A DNA stretch of 56,963 nt, counting the filler, from Dugesia japonica (lineage: Eukaryota), in the NCBI GenBank assembly GCA_001938525.1. It is 5 parts of 5 records of this genome, joined end to end, with 100 filler letters (N's around TTAATTAATTAA, not from the genome) between each part and the next. Parts side by side here need not be neighbours in the genome. Positions count along the whole stretch, not along the records: positions 27,902 to 44,011 come from MQRL01546115.1; positions 44,112 to 56,963 come from MQRL01566521.1; 3 more parts are not named here. One strand, 5' to 3'. A program made the position numbers and the translations under genes. Numbering within the stretch: the first letter of the stretch is position 1; the number at the start of each line of letters is the position of its first letter. The notes below the pieces were generated by a model that saw only the letters and a program-made list of their open reading frames with translations, made no database searches and was not told where the DNA came from. Below, piece by piece: positions 38,139 through 50,342 of this stretch.

Positions 38139-41100
38139 CTAGGTATCACTCATCTAAGATGACAGTTTGTAAATGAGATTTTAGTAGTCTAACAATTTCA
38201 TAACGGTCTTAAAAAATATACTAAACTTTAAGAATTAAAAAAATAAAATTATTTTTAATTCAATAATTCAATAATACAACATTTTGGAAATTTCTAAAAT
38301 ACAAAGTTACTCATTGTTTTCTTAAATTCTCCTAATTAAATTTTCAATTATTCTTAATTTACTTACGTTGTTGTGTTGATATATTGGTTTTGTTGATAGA
38401 TTACTTGAGAAATGCATTTTGATATTCAACATGTCACTTTCAATGATTAAATTATTAATTAAGCTGTTTGTTGTTACGTAATTTATTTAACAAATACTAT
38501 GTTAGTTTTACTTTAAAATGATGTTGGTTTACAATTTTTCCACGTTGTATTCTCTTTTTTCTTCAAAAGAGCATAGTTCAATTTAAAAATAATTTTTACT
38601 GTTACTTTACTGTTAGATTCTAAAATCTATATAATTAAAAGATACGATTAATAGTTAAGTAAAAATATATATTTCATAACAATCAATATTAAAACAAAGT
38701 TTTAATATTTTTTGGTTTTTTAATTTCAATATAAATTGAAATTAATTTCAATATATATCACATCCCTCTCTTTGATCATCTGAACTTTTGGTTCGGATTC
38801 CTGGTAGTCCGCATTGGGTAGCGCATGTCGTTTGATCTTCTTCCTCTTATTTATTTCGCTCATTGATTTATAGCTCTGTGTCTTAGGGAATCTTTTTGAT
38901 TTGATTGTAGTTTCTTTGTATTATATCATTCCCGTTTTTTAAAATAAAAGTCCATTTATCTTTTATTTCTTTACCTACAAACGGTTCAATGTATCTTTGT
39001 TTAAGAGCTCCATTTTCTTGTCATTTGATCATAACCTTGTCTCCTAACACGATCTCCTTGCTCCATCGATTTCTGTTGTAATTCTCTTGTGTCTTAATAT
39101 TTTGATATTCAATATTGTCTCGAACTTTATTATGTATTATCTTTATTTTTTTGCTTCATGTTTTCTAAGTATTTTTCCTAATTTGGTTTGTCTTTGTTAG
39201 TGTTTGCGATATTCCATATGTCAATTTTCGATCTTCTTCCAAACAGGATTTCATATGCTGAATATCTGGTTGTTTTCTGTATTGTATATTGAATGCCGTA
39301 TTCTACTATAGGTAGTGTATGTCTTCCATAACTGCGCTTATCATGGGCTTCACTGTTTATAATAGTCTTTCTACCAACCCGTCGCATTGAGGGTAGTATG
39401 GTGACGTAAATGTCTTCCGTATTCCTAATATTCNACAATATACCCGGAAAAATCCAGAGCAAAAATTACTTCCTCTATCTGAATGGATTCTCTCTGGTAT
39501 TCCAAATTTGGCTATCCAATGTACCCATAGAGAATCACAAATGACTTCCGAAGTTGTTATTCTTAGTGGAATCAAACTTATATATTTTGAAAAATAGTCT
39601 ATTACACCCAGGATATATTTGGATCCTTCCTTAGTTTGTTTGAATGGTCCTGTAATATCTATTTCTATAATCTGAAATGGTTCGTATCCAGTGATGTTTT
39701 GAAATGGTGCTATAATCCTTCATTTTTGGATACTTGTTGTCGTTACATGGATTACATTTAGCAATTATATTTTGCACATCTTTTGATAATGAGGGCCAGT
39801 AATAAGACTTCTGCAGTTTTTTTCCTTCCAAAGTTACCCAACAATTTATGGTATTTCCATATAATTCCGGCATTATGGTTCGGCACTACCAGAAAGTAGT
39901 CATTTTTTTTCTCCAAATATAGAAGTTTTTCTCTTTTTTCTCAGTATATTTGTGCTTCGCTTGTCTCTTTGGTTTGTTTTATCTTGTTGTACTCTTCCTT
40001 TAAACTTTAAGTATTAATTTGATTTTTGGATCATTTTCATGTTACCATTCGTTATTATCATTTTGGATTTTGTTCAAAACCTTTTCTTAGTGGGATGATT
40101 CTGTTCCTCTATTTGATTCTATAGGATATACTTTAACGTTTCGCTTCTTTTCAGGCTCAATATGTTTGATCATGCATTGTTCGCAGTCTTGTAGTCTAGA
40201 TAGAACATCCGCATTTATGTGTTCTTTACCTTTTCAAAATTCTACTATCATGTCGAATACTTCTAGCTCTGCTTTCCAAATACAATACTGTGATGTATTC
40301 GGACTATCCCAGTTGAGCATCCGTTTTAACGCCCAATGGTCTGTTCGCACCACGAATTGCTTACCAATTAGGTAATGTTTCAACTTCATAACAAACGTAT
40401 AAATAGCTAATAATTCTTTCATATTAATTCAATATTGTTTCTGGCTTATTGATAAGGCTTTTGAGGCGTAATAAAGAACCTTTTCTGTTCCATTTTGTAT
40501 TTGTGACAATACAGCACTAATAGCATTATGTGATGCGTCGGTATCCAAAATGTATTTACCATATTTTATTGGTATCGCTAATATTGGTTGTTTTGTAAGT
40601 CTCTCTCTGAGTCCTCTATCCAAGTAAATCTATTTTATTTTCGCAGCATGCCACTGAGTGGTTTTGATATTAACGCATACTCTTTAATAAACCGTCTGTA
40701 GTAGTTACAGAATCTAAGATATTTTTTCTGTTATACTAATTGTTTCGTTTTGAATCTCTTCGTTGTCCTCTGGTTCTGTAATGCTGATTGAATAATATTC
40801 ACTTGTGTTCTCATCATTTTGCTATACAACCTTAATTTATTGTTTTCTTGGCAAAATCGCGCCATGTGTCTTTCTTTTCCAAATTTGAAACATTTCTTAT
40901 TGCTTTGCTCTCCTTTTTTCCATAGGTTATACGCTCGTTTATTTTCTTGGTTTAGTTCCTTGTTTGGATAAGCTCTTTTCGGGTTTTTATATGCTTTCAA
41001 TTTTTCTATTTCTCTCCTTAGTTTCTCTATTTCTAATATTAAGGCTTTAATCGTGTCTTTCTCGTACCTCATGTTGAAAATTAAATTTTCTTCTTTGTCA

Positions 41101-42128
41101 TTAAGTTTCTCATCTTTAATAGCTTCCATAGCCTCGTCTAGCATTTTAGGCTTAAACAGTTCTAATACTACTGTCATTCGCCTGTTAATCAGTCCATTCA
41201 TAAATGCCTTAACTAGAATTTTTTCCTTCATTTCATTAATACTAAGAAATATCATTCGCAGTTTCTTGGCGTAATCTTTTACAGATTTGCTCTTTTCCTG
41301 TCTTATCTTAAAAGACGGCCATAGTCAAACTTATCTTTGACTTTTTGACTTTGCATAGGTTTATTAAAAATTTTTCGTAGCTTTCCATGGTTTGTTTAGA
41401 TTCTTCAAATTTTGGATCGCATCTAATTTCTCTTATGAGATCTTCGTCATAGTATTTTTAGAAAATTTCCTTCTTTTCGCTTTCAGTGATGCCAGAATCA
41501 TCAAATAGTTTTACTAATTCTTTCACTGTATTTAGGTCCTCTTTGATCGTTATAAGGTTCTTCCTATTTTTCTTGAAGACGAACATTTTAGATTCCCGTT
41601 CCTTAAATATGAACTTTTGTATGATTGCGTGCTGCTCACGTGACGCCATGTTAGATTCTAAATTAAAAGATATAATTAAAAGATACGATTAGTAGTTAAG
41701 TAAATATATATTTTATAACAATCAATATTATAACAAAGTTTTAATAGTTTTTGGTTTTTTAATTTTTTAATTTCAATATAAATTGAAATTAATTTCAATA
41801 AATTAATTAATTTCAATTTATATCAAATAAATACATTTTTATAATTCGATCCAAAAATTTATTATTACATTTTTTATAAAAAATAACTGTCAATTTTTAA
41901 ATTTAATTTATTTTTGTGTTACTAAGACTCTATTTATTTAAAAAGACTAATAATTATATTATTATTTTATACAAATTAATTAAATTTGTATGAAACTAAT
42001 GGTCATTTAAACTTTAAGTTCATGCTTCTTTAACTTATTTGTACTTCAAAATAATTTAAATAACCTTAATAACTCAAGCGTTACAGACAAATTCACATAC
42101 ACACAGGCGTAGGGAATAAATGTAAAGA
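38139..42128 (-). mobile_element. Non-autonomous Helitron-like repeat, copy 2, split by a Gypsy insertion
   Basis: CTAG at 38139, homology to 34830-35225 on both sides of the LTR element, and a minus-strand 5' end A|TCTTTACATTTATTCCC at 42128. Confidence 0.55.
38611..41827 (-). mobile_element. Ty3/Gypsy LTR retrotransposon, both LTRs, PR-RT deleted
   Basis: LTRs 41649-41827 (5') and 38611-38762 (3'), PBS TGGCGTCACG, PPT AAGAGAGGGA; gag with knuckle remnant abuts RT-thumb/RNase H (YYRRFIKEYA, LDTDASH) at ~40725; integrase IHSDRGSNF and SPYYPQCDGLVER. Confidence 0.93.
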
Positions 42129-42347
42129 TTCATTTAATAATGGATTTATTCGTAAATCTTTCATTTTATTAGAATGTCGAATTTGACTTATTTCAAATGC
42201 TTGTTTATTAAAATAATATTTTTCTTTTAGTAAATGATTGTATTATTGTAATATTATTTTGGTATTCATTGTTTTTTGTATAATGCTTTCACCTGCAACT
42301 TATTCACTGTAGCAGAAAACTGGTTTGTTGGTTACTTCACTACATTT

Positions 42348-42665
42348 AATGGTTATACTAGCCAAAATTAATGCATTAACTAGAGCGAAACGTGAAGAAA
42401 GGCAAAGAGTTTTTCAAATTTGCCTCAAAAAACGCAAGAAATGTTTATCCCGAAACCAAGTTTTTTTGATGGTTTCAATCAAGATGCCAAAGATTGGATG
42501 CACACAACAAAAGATTTTACAACATTCAATCAAATGGAATTTGCTTGCGCGTTAGATATGCTTTTAAGAGGTGGTGCGAAACAGTTGTGGGAAGAATTTA
42601 CCTATTCAAATCGATTTCGCTACCAATTAAGAGATCGAAAAATAGTTTATGGAAACCTTTACTAA
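42348..42665 (+). pseudogene. Retrotransposon gag N-terminal fragment
   Basis: IPKPSFFDGFNQDAKDWM...ALDMLLRGGAKQLWEE fits the P..FDG......W...L.G.A..W capsid N-terminal pattern; frameshifted. Confidence 0.65.
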
Positions 42666-42914
42666 GGTTGGGGTCCCACCTGAGTTCGATAAAGAAAAGT
42701 GTGGCTGGGGAAAAAACAGCGCTCAGGGGAACTCTTTCAAGAATTTAACCTAACGCCCCTAGGTTAGGTATTCAGCATATTGCAGTTGACCTCTCTCTTA
42801 ATGGGAGGAGCGCGCCCATAGGCCTTTAAATTTGGGTTCACTCTTTTCCCTGTTCCCACGGCTTCATCAAAGATTAGAACGAATTGAACAATAAAAATTT
42901 ATTTTAAATGAAAA

Positions 42915-43297
42915 TTAGATAAGATCCAAAGCGCCCGGATCTAACCACTGGGCTGGATCGGTCGTCAAAAAGTTGAACGCCGCCGAATGATCATTGACAT
43001 ACCCTTGTACCCATGTAAGGTTTCCTAGTTGGCGGGAAAGGTCGGATATATATTGTTTGAGGAAATCGATTTTCTTCTGCAATAGCATTTTATTTTCATT
43101 TTCTAACGCCTTTGTCTGCACTGCCAAGTCATTCTGCTTTTTCACAATCTGATCAAGTTTTTTGATCAGACGATCTCGCTGGTATAAATGCTTAATCAAT
43201 GCTCTATCCGCTTTCTGCTTTAAGTGGCGCTCTAAGAGTAGACGGCGCATTATGCGATGGCACCTTAGCAGACTGTTTGGAAAATTAATGCGTGTCA
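42915..43297 (-). CDS. Unknown coiled-coil protein, terminal-exon-like cassette B
   Basis: CTTCTTTTAG|TG acceptor (phase 1), ~127 open codons with a heptad-rich core, TAA, then AATAAA at 42903-42898; visibly more GC-rich than its surroundings. Confidence 0.55.
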
Positions 43298-43414
43298 CTA
43301 AAAGAAGATATATCATTAAATTATTTCTGTAAAACAGACAAAAGATAATCAAGTGAATAATTCAGAAGGAAGAATGTAGGTATAACAAAACGTTTATTTG
43401 TAAATTTACAAGCA

Positions 43415-43773
43415 TCAAGGACGCGAGGTCTGGTTACCCTTGTCGACCATTAATGGTTCGAGGGGCATAGCAGCTTTTAATCGATAGACGTCTTGTACCA
43501 ATTTGTTTTCGCGGTCTTAGTAGGACCGAATCATCTCAGTAAAAGATTCTAGCTGGGTCTTCAAGACCCTTTCTTGCCTATGAGATGCCTCGGCTTCAGA
43601 CTTGAAGGTAATGCATTTCTTATTGTATNGGCTCACCTTACTGTTCGCGGTGGCAATCTCCGCCTCCCAGCGTCGCTTTGCCAGGCGATAGAGGTCCCAA
43701 GTAATTTCTAGGTCCTCGCTGGTGTCTCTTATTTTCTTAGTAAGAGCTGAAGGACGGTTCAGAGAGGAATGCA
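43415..43773 (-). pseudogene. Unknown coiled-coil protein, terminal-exon-like cassette A (one internal stop)
   Basis: ATATTTTAG|TG acceptor (phase 1); the frame continues past TAA at 43519-43517 as DRENKLVQDVYRLKAAMPLEPLMVDKGNQTSRP* (TGA 43417-43415); AATAAA at 43398-43393. Confidence 0.5.
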
Positions 43774-44011
43774 CTAAAATATTAACGGTTAATGACAGGT
43801 ATTATCATTGAGGTTACGACAGAACTCAGACCCCTTTTTATTAATTTGTTGCATTGACAGAAACTCAAACATTCTTATGGTAACGATAAAAGAAATTCCC
43901 CTTTAGTAAAATAATGAATCAATTCTACACAAATTAATACTAACTAGAAACACATATGTATTTATCAATTCAAACATAAAATAATGAAAACACTATTAGT
44001 TAGTGGCCGCG

Positions 44012-44111
44012 NNNNNNNNNNNNNNNNNNNNNNNNNNNNNNNNNNNNNNNNNNNNTTAATTAATTAANNNNNNNNNNNNNNNNNNNNNNNNNNNNNNNNN
44101 NNNNNNNNNNN
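44012..44111. other. Artificial contig spacer
   Basis: 44N + TTAATTAATTAA (44056-44067) + 44N. Confidence 0.97.
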
Positions 44112-44260
44112 TTAAAACTGTATGTTGCATAACAGGTCAATGTTTGTTTGCTGATTGAGGTATGTTGATTGCTCAAATCATAATTGCATATGTATTTATT
44201 CCTCCTTTTTAGATTGTCATATTAATAAATATTATGGTTATGAAACAGACTTCTAACAAC

Positions 44261-44324
<64 letters not shown>

Positions 44325-44374
44325 NNNNNNNNNNNNNNNNNNNNNNNNNNNNNNNNNNNNNNNNNNNNNNNNNN

Positions 44375-44433
<59 letters not shown>

Positions 44434-47400
44434 TGTGAGGATTAATTAAATTTAGGAATTTTTAAATTTTGTTTAAATATTTTTCTTCAGTTTTTTTTGG
44501 TGTATTAAATTAGAAAAGTTAATCTTCGTCAAAAAGGTTTTATCGGTAATTATTTGATTTTGGAATTTTGGCAAGAATTCCTGTTATTATTAGTAAATAT
44601 TTATGATAAAATTAGATTGTTTTTTACCAGAGGTATGTATACTTCACATGGTGGCAGCGGTTAATAATGACACATTGCAGAGAAATTGTTACCGAGAAAC
44701 TTTAGTAGAGATGGAGAATAGGAAATATTTATAAAACAGTGCGAGTTGTATTTTGCAACTTAAGGGATTAATTCCCAAGAGATTAGTAAAAGCTAGTAAC
44801 GTGTTTATTAGACACTGATTTGATAGAAAAATATTTAAATACGGCAGATAGAGCAACGGGTTTTCAAGAACGTTTACGACTGGCTTTTCACAAGGAAAAT
44901 AATATTTTAGAAGAACTGAAGAGTTTATTAACATTCAGACGAGGAAAACTAGAGTTAAATACATTCATCAAAAAAGCAGAGACTCTAGTAGAAAATATTT
45001 TTGCACACAAAGATTTGACAAAAGAAGCGTTGTTAGCTAAAATTCTAGTGAGTGCATCTGAGAGTAATACTTTATCAAGAGAAGTAGTACTCAGAAAACA
45101 ATTTACGATAACAGAAATTAAGGAAACTTTGGGTTAATTAGATAAAATAAAAGGAAGAAAAGACCATATTGATGCGATAAGAAGTCAGACAACAAGATTG
45201 AATAAGGATTAGCATAAACCAGTAAATCCACAAATAAAGAGACAGGAGCAACTTCGGAGATCAGAAAGAACCGTTGAATGTTGGGGATTTCACAAGAAAA
45301 GCCATATGAAGGTACAGTGTCCTGGAGGAGAATCTATAGTCATCAATTTGAGTAGGAGGTTTATAAAAAATCAAGGAGGAAGATGTTTCGGTTGCGGTGA
45401 TTTGGACCATATTAGAAATGAATGCTCAAAGTTGAAATGTTTCCATTGTGGTAGAGTAAGTCATAAAGCAAAAAGATGCCGAGAAGTTGGGGAAAGTGAT
45501 CGAATAGAGTTTAAAACTGAAGAGAGACGAGAACAAAAAAATTTGGATATTTTAATACAGTTCAAGCGATAGATGAAGGAGAGCAAGATGAGGACAGGTT
45601 AGAAGAAAATTGTTCAGAGTCATTGCACCAAATGGGAGGGCTCCACCAAGAGAAGAGTTGCTAAGGGTCGATTATTAGTAAATACAGATAAGGAGGATCC
45701 TCAAAGTGTGGAGACATGAGAAAATAGAGAAAAGGTTTGCGAAAAAGTGTATAGGTTTTTGAAGAAGGATATGTTTCAATTGGAATGTAATGTAGAATGG
45801 TTGGGTGTGTTGTTAAGAGAACAAGAAATAGAGATTAGATTTGATAGATTACAGGGTAGACAGAGTGTGATGATAACTATCGACGGAGTTGAGTTAGAAT
45901 GCCTTTTGGACATTGGAATCAGCGAAAAATGTTTGGAGAGATGGCCAGAAACAAGAGTAATACCTAGTGAGATGAAATTGCATTGTGCTAATGGTAGTGG
46001 TTTGGTTATCAAAGGGAAAGTACGATTCTAGGTGTAATTAGGTGAGAGCCAATCGTGAATGGAATTTATAGTAGCAGAAAATGTGTTTCCAAATATTATT
46101 GTAGGGATAAATTTCCAACGTATTTTTGGATTTCAGTTACGTAGGGAAAAAGAGTTATCTAGAGAGATAAGAAATAGAGAATTAGTAGAAAATATTGAAG
46201 CAAGATTTCACAAAGAAGCTACAGAAAGTGACAGATGGGAGTGAGTAAAAAATTAGATTGAAATGCGGGATGACAGTTGTTTACAGGTAATTTGTAGATG
46301 GCAGATAAATGCTTCTATAGCGTCAAAATGAGATCTGGGATGCACTCACATTGTGAAGCATGGAATTGTGACAAAATGTGAGGCAATAAATGTAAAACCG
46401 TATAGAATTTGGATGCATCTAGAGAATCACATGGAAGAGACAATTCAAAACTTGGTGGAAAACAATATCATTCAGAAATGTAATTCACCGTGGAATGCAT
46501 CATTAATTTGCATATGGCATAAGGAGAAGAAAGATGGACGACTTTGTCTAGATTTTAGAAGGCTTAACGTAATTACAGAAAGACAAGCATTTCCGAGGCC
46601 TAATGTAGATGGGATGTTAGATGCATTACATGGAAATGTGAATTTCAGCTCAATCGACTTAGGTAANGCATACTACCAAGTTGAACTAGAAAAAGACTTG
46701 CACGAAAAAACGGCCTTTTCGACAAAACATGGGTAGTATTGTTTCACACAAATGCCTTTTAAGATAGCAGCTGCTCCGAGAAATTTTCAGGAGATGATGG
46801 GAAAAGTAATAAATAATATCAATGGAGCGATGATTTATCTCGACAATATACTAATTTTCTCTAAAGACAAGGAAAGTCATTACGCTCGAGTGGAGGAGGT
46901 ATTGAGACGGATAATCAATGCTGGACTGAGAATTAATCCGGAAAAATTTGAATTTTTAAAACGAGAAAATAAAATTTTGGGTCACATCGTAAGTGCAGAG
47001 GGGATAAGAACTGATCCGGCAAAGTTAAAAGCTATCAAAGAATTTTTTAGGCCGAATTGTGTAAAAAAGATGCGCAGTTTTCTTGGGATTTGTAATTATT
47101 ACAGAAAATTTATTAATAATTATGCGGCGAAAGCGAGAAAGTTGGAGCAGTTATGTAGTGGTCCCAGTAATACAAAATTATTATGGAATGATGAATTAGA
47201 CCTAATCTTTTAAGGTTTAAAAAGGGTACTAACTTCAGCACCTTTACTGGCATTCCCTGATTTAGAAAAAACGTTTCCATTGTACACGGATGCTAGTTTT
47301 GAGACCATAGGATCAGTATTATCTCAGACGGATGATAACAATAGAGAAAGGGTTATTGTGTATGGATCGCACCCAATGACTAACCATGAAAAAGATTATT

Positions 47401-48916
47401 GCACGAGAAAAGAATTATTGGAAGTGTACTATTTCTAAAATTTGTTTAAGCATTATCTTTATGAGAAGCAATTTCGATTGCGAACAGATCATAAGTCAAT
47501 CACTTTTATGTTGGGAACAAAGAAGCCAATTACACCACAATTTCAGACTTAGGTGAACTATTTGAGTAGCCTAAACATAGAGTTATTATATAAAAAGAAG
47601 AATTACACAGTAATGCAGGTTTTATGTCCAGACCTAAGTGTAATAACTGCACACAATTTAATTTGTTCCATAAAGGAGCGATGAACTAAAAGATTAAAAC
47701 AAGGATTCTGCAGGAAGTGGTCCCAATGGAGGAAACAGATAAAATGAAATAAAATGAGGAAAGGTACAGAAATGAAGTGATGAGAATGCATAAAATGTTA
47801 TGTCATGTGGGAGTCAAAAAATCGTCAGAATACATTAGAAGACAAAGACAAAAGATTAAATGGGAAGATAAAAATAAGGAGGTAATCCAGGGATGTGAGC
47901 ATTGTGGAAGGACAAAGATATGGACAGTTAGAACAAAAGAAAAAGTGCTAAGAGCTGAACCTAGCAGCCTAGAAGAAATTCTGTGGGTGGTTATTTGTTG
48001 ACCGTGGATATAAACTTTGGGAAGAAAAAAATACATTTTGGGGATGGTGTATCAGTACACTAAATATACAGTATTAATAGCCTTGCCTTAAATGACTATT
48101 AGACTGTTAAAAGTTTAATGGTTTTAATCTAATCGACAGTACAGAAGGTGATACAAAACCAATGGATTCTTAAGTGGGGTTGTCTAAGGTGGTTGAGGGA
48201 AAATTGCGGACAGATATTTGAGTCTAAGGTTATGAAAGAATTTACGATGGATTTGGGAATGAAATTGCTAATATCAAGTCCATAACATCACAATACAAAC
48301 GGACAGATAGAAAGTCAATTCAGAACGGTGAGAGAATGGATAAACACAACGCTGCGCGAGAGAGGCACATCGGACAGGGCTGAAATTCTTCCAGAAGTGG
48401 AGTTTGCGATGAACGCTACTAAACAAAAAAGTACGCAATTTGAGCCCTGGAAAACTTATGTTTGGGAAATGGATTAGTCACGAAGTTATTATAGATTCAA
48501 GAGTTAATTCTTGAGACAATTTCAGATAGGAGAATGTGTGCTAATGAAAAGTAAATGGGGGAAAAAAAACAACGAAAAATATGTTGGACCATGTCTAGTG
48601 GTAGACAAACTGCATGAAAGAAGATATATTCTACAAGATAGTGAAGGCAGGAGAATAGAGAGAAATGTAGAAACAATCAAAAAAATTCTTAAAAGAGAGG
48701 GATGTGAGGATTAATTACATTTAGGAATTTTTAGATTTTGTTTTAATATTTTTATTCAGTTTTTTTGATGTGTTACATTTGAAAAGCTAATCGTCGCCAA
48801 AAAGGTTTTATCGGTAATTATTTGATTTTGAAATTTTGGTAAGAATCCCTGTTATTATTAATAAATATTTATGATAAAAGAAGATTGTTTTTTACAAGAG
48901 GTATGTATGCCTCACA
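44434..48916 (+). mobile_element. Near full-length Ty3/Gypsy LTR retrotransposon (decayed)
   Basis: LTRs 44434-44648 and 48703-48916 (TGT..ACA), ATAAT TSD within (AAT)n, PBS TGGTGGCAGCGG, PPT AAAAGAGAGGGA; order gag(CCHC)-PR(LLDIG)-RT(YLDN)-RH(YTDAS)-IN(HHCC, NTNGQIE); many stops. Confidence 0.97.
44649..44660 (+). promoter_or_regulatory. Primer-binding site, probably tRNA-Leu
   Basis: TGGTGGCAGCGG directly after the 5' LTR is complementary to the CCGCUGCCACCA 3' end of eukaryotic tRNA-Leu. Confidence 0.75.
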
Positions 48917-49039
48917 ATAATAATAATAATAATAATAATTAAAAAATTAAATATTTTCAAAATTACAAAAATAAACTAATTCGTAGATAAAAAAGTATCA
49001 AAAAATGGTTTCTTTTTAAAATTTTTATTAAAGTAACAA

Positions 49040-49540
49040 AAACTTATATATATTGATTTGATCATATTGCGCCTTCTAAATATTTCTCTAAANAATCTTT
49101 TCTTAAAATTTTGAACCGATCTGATGTTTTTTCAGCGACAGAATATCGTAACCTTTTCATTATTTGAAATCTATTCTTCAAAAAGGTTGATATTTTTGTG
49201 ATTAAACTTTCCAAACCTATTTCGCTAAAAAAATATTTTCACTTCTTCTAAAGTCGCATGGGATTTACTTTCAATTTCTTTTAATAATAGATCCCCCATT
49301 TTTTCATTCAAAGTTTTCTTTCTGTATTCACCAATTTTTTCTGTGGAAATTGAGTCTGTTATGTTATATCTATTAAAAAAATGTTGATTTTTTAAAAAAG
49401 TTAATTAATTTAAAGTTTACCTGTAAATAATTTTTTTTAAGAAGCCGAAATTCACATTTAGAATTTCGCTGATAGACTTCAAATCTCTGACATCTTCATG
49501 TGTTTCTATTATCCATTTTTCGTGTACAACAGAAATTCTG
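49040..49540 (-). pseudogene. IS630/Tc1-like transposase N-terminal remnant with a short intron
   Basis: ...LKSISEILNVNFGFLKKIIY|RYNITDSISTEKIGEYRRKTLNEKMGDLLLKEIESKSHATLEEV...ISTFLKNR...KRLRY: HTH/winged-helix pattern; GTAAAC donor at ~49420. Confidence 0.55.
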
Positions 49541-49724
49541 TTAAAATGAAATAAATATCAAGTAAAAATAGAAAAATTACTTTAAATGAATATTTTGCTG
49601 ATGGATATTTTAAATGGATATTTCTGTTGAATCAGAACTCAAGCTTGAAATATTTTCAAAATATATTTTTATATCTTTTAAAAATTTTAATAAAAAACGA
49701 ATTTCCAAACTCTTGGTAAATTTT

Positions 49725-50225
49725 TAATAAAAATATGTGTATTTATGTGTGTGTTTGCTGTGTGTTGGATTATTTTTTGTTTTCTTTTTACATTTCTGTA
49801 TTATAAGTACCTATTAAACGTTTAGTAAGTTTTAAATGAATTTAAATTTATTTTACTTATATTATAGGCAGCCAATCATATTACAATAAATTATTATCAG
49901 GTGAAATTTATAATGTAGTTATAAATTTACTAAACGTTTTACAGTGTGAAAGCAAGTCCTAAACTTTTAGTAAGTTTTCAATGACTATTAGACTGCTAAA
50001 AGTTTAATGATTTTAATCTAATCCTTAATAAAAATGTGTGTATTTATGTGTGCTTGTTGAATGTTATATTTTCTATAATATACGCACTTATTAAATTCTC
50101 AGAAAGTTTTTATGCATATAAATTTATTTTATTTATATTATAGACAGCCAATGAGAATACAATAAATTATTATAAGGTTAGTATTTTCATGCAAATTTAT
50201 TACACTTACTAAACTTTCTTTAGTG
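49725..50225. repeat. Diverged ~300-bp tandem duplication
   Basis: TAATAAAAAT(A/G)TGTGTATTTATGTGTG...CAGCCAAT...ACAATAAATTATTAT...TTACTAAAC occurs from 49725 and again from 50026. Confidence 0.8.
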
Positions 50226-50342
50226 TAATAATATTTTTAAATAAAACATTTAAAAAAATATAAAATAATTTTTGTTTTCAAAACTTAATATTAAAAATAT
50301 ATTAAATTAAATATTTAAATCAATATTAAAATCTCGAATATT

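Noticed and set aside
42840-42872. Minus-strand TTGATGAAGCC...GGGAAA hammerhead-like string, or a third cassette at AGAG|TG
   Set aside because: C3 is missing, stem II is weak and stems I/III are absent; the acceptor lacks a pyrimidine tract and the frame closes after ~25 codons.
10121-44111. Gene-neighbourhood or TIR/LTR pairing across the whole window
   Set aside because: Four artificial spacers join separate contigs, so adjacency across them is not evidence of biological linkage.
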